Of a stretch of 58,253 bases of DNA, positions 35,810 through 42,947 are shown piece by piece; the stretch's first letter is position 1; every line of letters starts with the position of its first letter. This DNA is from a virus. Its lineage: Duplodnaviria; Caudoviricetes. A program made the position numbers and the translations under genes. The stretch spans positions 1 to 58,253 of IMG/VR virus record IMGVR_UViG_3300037465_000242; one strand, 5' to 3'. The notes beneath the pieces were generated by a model. That model was given only the letters and a program-made list of their open reading frames with translations, had not been told where the DNA came from and did no database searches.

Positions 35810-36175
35810 GTCTTCTTCTCCTTGTTCGCGCGGCGCCTGGGCGCCGCCTCGGGTTTGGGTTGCTCGAACCAGATCCGGCCGTCGCGCAGGCGCACCGTCA
35901 GCCGGGCGATGGTCGCCCCGGCGACGCGCAGCTCCGCGTCCTCGAACGTCGCGTCCAACAGCTCGAATGTCACGACGACACCTCCCGGCCCTGCCGGTCG
36001 ACGAGCTCGGGCTCGCCGCCGTGCAGGCCCATCACGCAGCCCGGGTCGCCGCAGTCGTAGTCGTTGATCCAGCACCCGGCGTGCAGAGCGAGCGCCGGAT
36101 CCGAGCGGTCGTTCATGCGGCGCAGCTCGCGCTCCGACAAGCGCGGACCGAAGCGGCGCTCGACGACGAGCACCA

Positions 36176-36376
36176 TCACCGCGCCCTCGCGGCCGAGCGA
36201 GCGCCGTGACAGACCGAGCACAAGCAGTCCTCGATCCGCACCAGCGGCGGGCCTTCGAGCGGGCCGACGGTCGAGCTGCCGACGATCGCGTGGTAGCCCA
36301 TGCGCTCGATGCCGGCGCGCCTTCTCGGGTAGACGCTCGTTTCGTCGTACACTTTCCAACTCGGTGATCTCGCCAT
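36176..36376 (-). CDS. small early protein
   Basis: GAGGAG RBS before ATG 36376, just downstream of hammerhead 2. Confidence 0.45.
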   Translation of the reverse strand: MARSPSWKVYDETSVYPRRRAGIERMGYHAIVGSSTVGPLEGPPLVRIEDCLCSVCHGARSAARAR

Positions 36377-36423
36377 GGTCTGCTCCTCGCGGTTCCCACC
36401 GGGCGACCTGCCCGGCTTCGGCT

Positions 36424-36487
36424 CCCGCTACCGGGGCGCCCGGAGGCGCCCGCGGTTTCGGTCCTGCCACGGGCCTCGTCAGGCGGG
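36424..36487 (-). ncRNA. type I hammerhead ribozyme (copy 2)
   Basis: Minus strand: CCCGC-CUGACGA-GGCCC GUGGCA GGACC-GAAA-CCGCGGGCGCC UCCG GGCGCCCCG-GUA-GCGGG; full core and three stems (one mismatch in stem II); predicted cut between 36429 and 36428. Confidence 0.88.
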
Positions 36488-36490
36488 GCG

Positions 36491-37594
36491 TCAGGCGGCA
36501 CTCACCTCCACCGCGTCGAGCAACCGCGCGGCGCGGCGCTCGAGGTCGAGGCGCTCGTCGCCGAACGGGACCTCGTGCGCCTGGGCGGTGAGGCCCTGCA
36601 CCAGCGACCACACCGAGCGCGGATTCGCGCCCGGCTCCGCGGCCGCGAGCTCGATCGCGCGCCGGCTCTCGCCCTGCGTGAAGCCTCGGGCCTTGAGCCA
36701 CGACTTGGCTTCCTTCTCGCTCCTGCCCACCTCGATCGCGCGGGCCTGCCGGACCATGGCCACCGTCTCGTCGGTGCTCGCCGTCAGGTAGCGTTGGATC
36801 GCCGGCCGCGCCTCGCGCAAGTAGCGCATCGGGCCGCCCGAGGTGTGCCGGATCTTGAGCGACCGGACCTCGCGCCCGCCCCAGATGATGCGATTGTCGC
36901 AGATTCGTCGATAGAGGAACGCCGTTACCTCGAACGCCGCCGCGCCGACCTCGCTGTTGCGCGCGATCAAGCCACGGAACAGCGTCTCGACGCCGCTCGT
37001 CCCCGGGACCTCGATCGGGTGCTGGTCGTCGACCAGGCACACGAAGCAGTCGCGGTCGGAGGCGTAGAGCGTCGTCGCCTTCTTCGGGTCGGTCGCAGCG
37101 TACGAGGCCGCCGGAACTTTCCACGCCTCGAGGTCGAGGTGCTCGAGGATGGCGCTCGTCAGCTCGGCGTCGTAGATCCTGCTGTACGTGTCCGACGTGA
37201 TCGCCTCGACGCTCCACCTCCCGGCGCCGCCGTTCGCCTGCGCGTGGCGGAGCAGGAGCTTCGCGTCCTCGCGCTGCTGCTCGAGAGAATACTGGAGCGG
37301 GATCTGCGCGAGCTCCGCGGGGAGCGTGCGCAGGTAGCCCGCCGGCGCCTTCGCAGCGCCGGCGAGCTGGCCGAAGGCCCAGTGCGTCAGCACCGCGCCC
37401 GTGCCCTTCTCGGGGTCGACGAGGGCGAGGTCGCCGTCGTCGAGCGCCCGCACCCGCAGGTGGTCGAGCGCGACCCCGCGCTGCCGCGACGCGGCGCGCT
37501 TGCTCTCGTTGTAGACGTGCAGCTCGGGCACGGTCAGGAAGCGCTGGTCGCTCGGTCGGTTCTGCCACTCTTTGTTGATCGCCAGGGTGTCCAT
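36491..37594 (-). CDS. DUF932-like protein
   Basis: AGGAG RBS; W.NRP.DQRF, THWAFGQL, LYASDRDCF..LVD, NSEVG, R.ICDNRIIWG, H; family named from motif recall. Confidence 0.65.
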   Translation of the reverse strand: MDTLAINKEWQNRPSDQRFLTVPELHVYNESKRAASRQRGVALDHLRVRALDDGDLALVDPEKGTGAVLTHWAFGQLAGAAKAPAGYLRTLPAELAQIPLQYSLEQQREDAKLLLRHAQANGGAGRWSVEAITSDTYSRIYDAELTSAILEHLDLEAWKVPAASYAATDPKKATTLYASDRDCFVCLVDDQHPIEVPGTSGVETLFRGLIARNSEVGAAAFEVTAFLYRRICDNRIIWGGREVRSLKIRHTSGGPMRYLREARPAIQRYLTASTDETVAMVRQARAIEVGRSEKEAKSWLKARGFTQGESRRAIELAAAEPGANPRSVWSLVQGLTAQAHEVPFGDERLDLERRAARLLDAVEVSAA

Positions 37595-37645
37595 AGGATC
37601 TCCTCTCGGGTGTCCGGCCCGGGCGACGTGCCCGAGCCTTTGGTT

Positions 37646-37704
37646 CCCGCTACGCGCTCGCGCGAGCGCGTTTCGGCCGGGTCCGCCCGGCCTCGTCAGG
37701 CGGG
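37646..37704 (-). ncRNA. type I hammerhead ribozyme (copy 1)
   Basis: Minus strand: CCCGC-CUGACGA-GGCCGGG CGGA CCCGGCC-GAAA-CGCGCUC GCGC GAGCGC-GUA-GCGGG; perfect stems; predicted cut between 37651 and 37650. Confidence 0.92.
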
Positions 37705-37705
37705 G

Positions 37706-38260
37706 TTAGCGCACTTCGCGAATCACTATGTCGCCGTGCCCCGCTCTCGCCTCGGCCTGCTCTCTGACCTCGTCCTCGTCGTCGCCAGCAGCCAGGACCA
37801 TCGGCGCTATAGACAGAGCCGCCCATCCGAGCGCGGCGCAGGTGCCTACGTCCTGTCTCGCGATCGCGATATATCTGGTCGCGGCGGCAATCGACTCCTC
37901 GATGAACTCTTCGACCGCATCGACCGCATCGCCGTAGGACACGACCTCACCCCACCCGCTCTCGATCTTGGCAGCCTCGCGGATATGGCGCAGCGCCTCC
38001 GCCACGCGGCCACCTTCTAGTGCCCGAATCGCCGCATCGGCCTCCTCGGCCGCTGCCCGCGCGTCGCTACCGGCACGCGCGCAGTAGGCGCAGTCGGCGC
38101 TACTGCCGGCGCACCAGACGGTGTCGTCGTCGGGGTGATCGGCCGTGCACGACGGCGCACACTCGTGTTCGTGGGTCCAGTTGCATCCGGTCCAGGATTC
38201 CCGGGCCCGGCGGATGGTGGTGATGGTGTCGCGTACGTCGGTGATATGCTGCGAGTTCAT
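37706..38260 (-). CDS. Cys/His-containing early protein
   Basis: ATG 38260 downstream of the predicted promoter; TAA stop abuts hammerhead 1. Confidence 0.5.
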   Translation of the reverse strand: MNSQHITDVRDTITTIRRARESWTGCNWTHEHECAPSCTADHPDDDTVWCAGSSADCAYCARAGSDARAAAEEADAAIRALEGGRVAEALRHIREAAKIESGWGEVVSYGDAVDAVEEFIEESIAAATRYIAIARQDVGTCAALGWAALSIAPMVLAAGDDEDEVREQAEARAGHGDIVIREVR

Positions 38261-38322
38261 GATCTTGTCGGCTTGCCGGCGGGCGCCATGCCCGCCTTCG
38301 TGTGCCGCTCCTGATAATGATG

Positions 38323-38351
38323 ATATTACACTGAGCGAAAATAGGGCGCAA
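38323..38351 (-). promoter_or_regulatory. sigma70-like early promoter
   Basis: TTGCGC-17 bp-TAATAT inside an AT-rich island with an upstream T-tract. Confidence 0.6.
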
Positions 38352-38396
38352 CAAAAAAGAGCACGCCCGCGATCGCGGGGTGACGCGGTGCGCGAT

Positions 38397-38666
38397 CTAT
38401 AATATGCGTCGGCGAAGCAGCACGTAGCGGCCATCGGCTTTGCGGCCGACTCGAGCGACGACGCACCCGCGCTCGCGAGCGAGCGCGTCGAGGAAGAAGT
38501 AGACGGCGCGGCCGGTCACGCCGAGGGCCGAGGCGAGCTCGTCGACCGATCGGGGCGTCGCGAGCAGCTCCTCGAGCGCGTCGAGGTGGCGCGCGCGCCG
38601 CAAGAAGCGCAGGTCGGGCGAGCCGTCCTTGTTGAGCCTGATCGCCGCCGTCGTCCTCATCTTCAC
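38397..38666 (-). CDS. helix-turn-helix DNA-binding protein
   Basis: RSVDELASALGVTGRAVYFFLDAL. Confidence 0.7.
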   Translation of the reverse strand: MKMRTTAAIRLNKDGSPDLRFLRRARHLDALEELLATPRSVDELASALGVTGRAVYFFLDALARERGCVVARVGRKADGRYVLLRRRIL

Positions 38667-39178
38667 AGCCCCAAGCCCGCCGCGTCGGTCTTGGCCCGCT
38701 TCTCGCCCAACCGATCGAGCGCGAAGAGCCCGAGGCCGATCGCGTCAATAACGTTGTGCCGCAGGCCGGCAGGCATTTTCGCCGTGTGTAACACGTTTCG
38801 CTCGCGCTCGTCGAGCCTTTCTTCGATGCGCCGCAGCATCACCGCCTTCGCAGCGTTTCTTTTCCAGGCGTGCGGGCGCACGAGCTCGGCGATCGCGTGC
38901 GATTCGAAGGCCTGAGCGATTCTCCCCGCCGTCAGCGCCACCGAGATCAGGTCGTTCGGGTCGCCGCGCCAGCTGCGCTGCTGGTAGACCTGCGGCACCT
39001 CGACCACGATCCTGAGCCCTTCGGACCAGGCGTTAGGCGTTATCTTGTCGGCGAGTATCCCGATCGCCTCGCCGATCGGTTCTCCTCGCTCGAGGCCGCA
39101 GAACGCGAGGCGCTGGTTCGCGAAGACGGCCCAGCCGACGTGCGCTGCGGCCGGATCGAAGGAGAACAGCCAGCTCAT
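38663..39178 (-). CDS. RuvC-like Holliday junction resolvase
   Basis: SFDP...GWAVF, IVVEVP, P.AWK, HNVIDAIGLG; ATGA-coupled start. Confidence 0.75.
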   Translation of the reverse strand: MSWLFSFDPAAAHVGWAVFANQRLAFCGLERGEPIGEAIGILADKITPNAWSEGLRIVVEVPQVYQQRSWRGDPNDLISVALTAGRIAQAFESHAIAELVRPHAWKRNAAKAVMLRRIEERLDERERNVLHTAKMPAGLRHNVIDAIGLGLFALDRLGEKRAKTDAAGLGL

Positions 39179-39672
39179 GATGACAGCGCCTTCTGCACGA
39201 GCCGCTCGGCGGCGTCGAGGTCGGGGCGGTCCCACGGGATGCGGATCACCTCGACGCCCCGGCACCACGGGTGCGCGTGGCCCTCCATCTCGCGCACCAT
39301 CGACTCGTAGCCGCGCTTGAGCTCCCGCAGGTAGCCCGCCTCGATGCCCCGCTCGGCCTCGCGCCCGCGCTGCTTGATCCGATCCATGGCGATGTCCACC
39401 GAGACTTCGAGGTAGAGCATGACCGACGGCGGCTGGAGCGAGCGCAGCATCACGTCGCGCGCCAGGCGGTACGTCTCCCACTCGAGCTGCAGGAGGTGCA
39501 CCTGCATCGCGAACGCCCAGCGCGCCGGGTCGGCGTAGAACCGATCGAGGTACGGGTTGCCGTCGACGATCTCCTCGATCGCGCGCCAGTGGAAGGCGTC
39601 CGCGAGGTGGCGCGCGAGCGTGGTCTTGCCGGCGCCGATGACGCCCTCGAGCCATATGACAGCTGATCTCAT
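39175..39672 (-). pseudogene. deoxynucleoside kinase with internal in-frame deletion
   Basis: LEGVIGAGKTT, NPYLDRFY.DP.RWAF..Q, RIKQRGR..E, YL..L...Y; the central DRS..D segment is absent. Confidence 0.75.
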
Positions 39673-40007
39673 GGCGCGCACTCCAGGTACTTCGCCGCGA
39701 GGCCCTCCGCGACGAGCTTGGCGTTGAGGTCGATGCCGTCGGCCAGGAGCTAGCCGAGCAGGCGCCCGTACTTGTCGCGCCGCGCCCTGCCGTTACGCAG
39801 GGCGGGCTTGAAGTCGATCGCCTTGGCGCCGCGGACCCGCGACAGCAGGGCGTCGCGCGCCTTCTTGCCCGGCTCTCCCATCGAGAGCTCGGGCGCGTCG
39901 ACGCCGCGGAGGCGGACGCTCTCGCGCCAGAGCAGGTCCGGTCGCGGGGCGGGATTCAGCGGCTTGATCAGGCCCTCCGGCCTCTCGTTCGGCACCTTCG
40001 CGCTCAT
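39669..40007 (-). pseudogene. thermonuclease (SNase-like), interrupted
   Basis: VRLRGVDAPE, DKYGRLLG, in-frame TAG at 39750-39752, then LLADGIDLNAKLVAEGLA..Y; the N-terminal DGDT motif is missing. Confidence 0.75.
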
Positions 40008-40228
40008 GGCCCATCCTCCGGCACGAGGATCGCCACGGTCTCGTCGATCTCGAGCCCGTGCACCTCGAGCCTCTCGCGCGACGCCGCCGCCGCGGCCAGC
40101 TTGTTCGCGGCGCCGCGCGCCGCCTCCTTCGCCTGCTCGCGGAGCCGCCCGAGCGTGCAGTCGTCTCCCCAGGCGCCGGCCTCGTACTCGAGGAACAGCG
40201 ACATCCTGATCCGAGCCTTGTGGCTCAT
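40004..40228 (-). CDS. hypothetical protein
   Basis: ATGA-coupled at both ends. Confidence 0.5.
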   Translation of the reverse strand: MSHKARIRMSLFLEYEAGAWGDDCTLGRLREQAKEAARGAANKLAAAAASRERLEVHGLEIDETVAILVPEDGP

Positions 40229-40680
40229 ACCTGCCTCACTTGCGGCAGCGGGTTGCAGCGTCGCCACGACCGCAGCCACGCGAGCAGCTCGCCGACGTTG
40301 GCGAAGCGCTCTTCGACGTGCGGGTGGAGGTAGAACGCGCACGTGCGACCGCTCGCATCCTCGGTCGGGCCCACGAGCAGGATCGTGCCGCTCGATCCAG
40401 AGTAGTTCAGTGCTCGCGCCAGCGAACAAGCGATCGCGACTCCTAGCTCGGTGTGCGTGCCGCGCCCGCCTGGCAGGAGCGCGACGAAGAGATCCGCGGC
40501 CTGCACGCCATCGACCTCCGCCATCGCCACCTCGCGGATCTTGTCCGGCCCTTGATCCTGAACGCTGCCGTGCTGCCACCACTCGTAGGACGGCGCCAGT
40601 CCGAGCGCTCTCAGCTCGAGCGCTAGCGCCTTCGCCTCTTCTGCCCGCTCGAGCCCCGTCGCGACGTAGAACGATCTCAT
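40225..40680 (-). CDS. nucleoside 2-deoxyribosyltransferase-like protein
   Basis: FYVAT, EVDGV..ADLFVALLPGGRGTHTELG.A. Confidence 0.75.
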   Translation of the reverse strand: MRSFYVATGLERAEEAKALALELRALGLAPSYEWWQHGSVQDQGPDKIREVAMAEVDGVQAADLFVALLPGGRGTHTELGVAIACSLARALNYSGSSGTILLVGPTEDASGRTCAFYLHPHVEERFANVGELLAWLRSWRRCNPLPQVRQV

Positions 40681-40898
40681 CGCGCGGCCTCCGGCTCGAA
40701 GCTCGCGCGTCCCGGCGCCTCGACGGCGCGGGCCTCCTCGATCCAGCGCGCGAACTCGGCGAGCGGCTCCATGCGGCCGACCTCGCCTCGCCCGTGCCAC
40801 AGCACGATCCCGCCGTGAACCGCCCGCACCGAGCGCGGCCGCTCGAGGCCGCTCAGCGGGATCCATCTCTGCCCTCTCTTGATCACCGCGCTATTCAT
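40677..40898 (-). CDS. hypothetical protein
   Basis: 73-aa ORF with stop coupled to the next gene. Confidence 0.45.
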   Translation of the reverse strand: MNSAVIKRGQRWIPLSGLERPRSVRAVHGGIVLWHGRGEVGRMEPLAEFARWIEEARAVEAPGRASFEPEAAR

Positions 40899-40901
40899 TT
40901 T

Positions 40902-41234
40902 TCAACGTTCTCCTGTTGGCCCGATCGCTTCGGGGCCGCCTCGCCGGCGCCACGCCGTGAGCCCGAGCAACTCCTCGAACTGCTGTCGGCGCGCGTCGCA
41001 CTGGAGCAAGGCGCGCTCCGAGACGTCGGCGCGGATCTCGGCCTGGTGCAGGATCGCCGCGGTCGCCCGCAGCTCGCGCTCGGCCTGGAAGGCGATCAGG
41101 GCGAACAGGATCGCCGCGAGCGCCAGGGCCGCCACGAGGATCGAGACGCCGGCTACGACGATCGATCGGCCGTGCACGCGGACCTCGGTCACCACGCGGT
41201 CCTCTTTGCCGGCGCTTTCGGCAAGCAGAGCCAT
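40902..41234 (-). CDS. membrane-anchored coiled-coil protein
   Basis: Long hydrophobic stretch IVVAGVSILVAALALAAILFALIAF. Confidence 0.5.
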   Translation of the reverse strand: MALLAESAGKEDRVVTEVRVHGRSIVVAGVSILVAALALAAILFALIAFQAERELRATAAILHQAEIRADVSERALLQCDARRQQFEELLGLTAWRRRGGPEAIGPTGER

Positions 41235-41397
41235 TGATCTCTCACCTTCCCGTGCCTGATCTCGACGATCCCCCAGCCGGCGGACTCGCACTCCGCGGCC
41301 AGCGCTGCGCTCTCGCGCTCGGCGGCGACCGCGGCGCGAGGCCCGATCGCGGCGTTCCTGATCTTCGTGAGCGCGTCTAAAACGATATCGAGCTGTT

Positions 41398-41469
41398 CGC
41401 AGACGTGCTGTTCAAACGTACGATCAGGCAAGCCGCAGACGTGCTGTTCAAACGTACGATCAGGCAAGC
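41398..41469. repeat. perfect 36-bp tandem duplication
   Basis: CGCAGACGTGCTGTTCAAACGTACGATCAGGCAAGC twice, at 41398-41433 and 41434-41469. Confidence 0.95.
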
Positions 41470-42342
41470 TCATGCATCCTCCGGCGATCTGAACCCCAAG
41501 AACACGGGGAGCCTCGGCGCGTCCTTCTCGCCGAACTTCTGCGACTTGTACTTCACGACGGCTCCGAGGTAGCGATCACGCTCTGCCCACACGCGGGCGC
41601 GCAGCTCCTCGGTGAGCCCCGCGCCGACGCCGAACTCGACGCCGTCCGGTCGGCGCAGGATCAAGGCGCCCAGGGTGCTCGCGGGGACCTTGCCGCCCTT
41701 CGAGCTCGAGCGCTTGGTGAGGCCGAGCTCGTTGGTCTTCGCCTCGTTCTCGTTGCGCATCAGCTCCTCGAAGCCGACGACGGTCGCCTCCGCGTCGAGG
41801 AATCTTTTCAGCTTGAGCAGCCAACCCTCGCGCAAGGTCGATCGGCCCTGCTTGTAGGGGCCCTCGGGGCGCCGCAGCATCAGGCCCTCGAAGCCTCGGG
41901 CGAGCGCTTCCTCCTCGGCCGTCGCGAGCTGCTCCGGCCCGTCGACCCAGAACGTCGGCACGACCTGCACGCGCGGGTCGTCGATCCTGGCGACGACCTC
42001 GGCGAGCGCCTCGACGCGCTCGCGGTAGGGCGCGAGGAGCCCGAGGCCGAGGTAGTCGAAAGCGCAGAAGGCGAAGTCGGGCTCGCCCTCGTGCGACATG
42101 ATCGCCGACGTGCAGTCCTGGAACGTCGCGCCCGAGAGCAGCTCGCCGTCGAGCCCGTGCGGCAGCGCGCGCTCGAGCGTCTCGCGCACGTGCTTGTTCG
42201 GGATCGGCTTGAGCGAGCGCGACAGCAGTCGACCCGCGATCGTGAGGGCTCGGATCCCGTCTATCTTGGGCGAAACGATCATCGGATACGGCAGCGCCTT
42301 GACGTCCTCTACGGTCGCGGCGAGCATGGGCCTACGAATCAC
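41470..42342 (-). CDS. ATP-dependent DNA ligase
   Basis: PMLA, SPKIDGIR, LDGEL, FD, EGLMLR, LLKLKRF and an OB-fold tail; GTG 42342. Confidence 0.92.
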   Translation of the reverse strand: MIRRPMLAATVEDVKALPYPMIVSPKIDGIRALTIAGRLLSRSLKPIPNKHVRETLERALPHGLDGELLSGATFQDCTSAIMSHEGEPDFAFCAFDYLGLGLLAPYRERVEALAEVVARIDDPRVQVVPTFWVDGPEQLATAEEEALARGFEGLMLRRPEGPYKQGRSTLREGWLLKLKRFLDAEATVVGFEELMRNENEAKTNELGLTKRSSSKGGKVPASTLGALILRRPDGVEFGVGAGLTEELRARVWAERDRYLGAVVKYKSQKFGEKDAPRLPVFLGFRSPEDA

Positions 42343-42947
42343 GGGATCTTCCTTTCGAACTTCTCTCTGATGCGGGCCTCGATCTCGGGTAGCGCACTCT
42401 CTCTCTCTTCGGGCGCCCAAAGATAACACTTGCCGCGCACGTCTCGATCGTGCGTGTAGCCCGCGATTCGATAGCAGGCTCCGGGGTTGGTGCTGCGCAC
42501 GTCCGCGATACCGATCTCGGTGCGGAGTCGCTCTTCGGGAAGCGTGCCGTACTTCTCGCGCCAGAAGACGAACGTGCTCGCGGTGGCCGTGACGACCAAG
42601 AGCGCCGCTGGGATCGGGCACTCGTCGAAGCGCCGGAAGAGCAGGTTGCGCCAGATCCAGCGAGCGTCCGGGTCGGGCGCCCCCGATCGGTCTCGCGACG
42701 CGCCGCTGCCGCGTCTGGCCGGAGTCTTTTGACGGACGCACGCCCAAACGGCCGCGAGAGATTCGTGCAGAAGGACGATCTCCTGCCCGACGCCGGTGAA
42801 CGTCTTGGAGCCCGGCGAGCGGCGGGAGTAATGCGGGCCGCGCCCGGCCCATCGCCCCGTTCCGTCCACGATATCGAGTGCCAGGCGATCGCCGGAGGAG
42901 GATCGCTGCCACCCGCCGCTCAGGCCGAATCCGGCGAGGGCGCTCAC
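42339..42947 (-). CDS. conserved phage protein, possibly Mom-like GNAT DNA-modifying enzyme
   Basis: HYSR...G.EIVL, FR, VRSTNPGACYRIAGY; fold assignment is tentative. Confidence 0.4.
   Translation of the reverse strand: MSALAGFGLSGGWQRSSSGDRLALDIVDGTGRWAGRGPHYSRRSPGSKTFTGVGQEIVLLHESLAAVWACVRQKTPARRGSGASRDRSGAPDPDARWIWRNLLFRRFDECPIPAALLVVTATASTFVFWREKYGTLPEERLRTEIGIADVRSTNPGACYRIAGYTHDRDVRGKCYLWAPEERESALPEIEARIREKFERKIP

Noticed and set aside
36491-37704. Direct repeats flanking the DUF932-like gene as att sites or transposon ends
   Set aside because: No integrase or transposase; identity is confined to the ribozyme core, stem I and the hairpin, while stems II and III differ but still pair
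39750-39752. Genome-wide TAG reassignment
   Set aside because: TAG ends several structural genes at expected lengths and no suppressor tRNA was seen
41398-41469. 36-bp repeat as a CRISPR array
   Set aside because: Only two copies with no spacer and no cas operon; the Cas4-like nuclease is a typical phage replication-arm exonuclease
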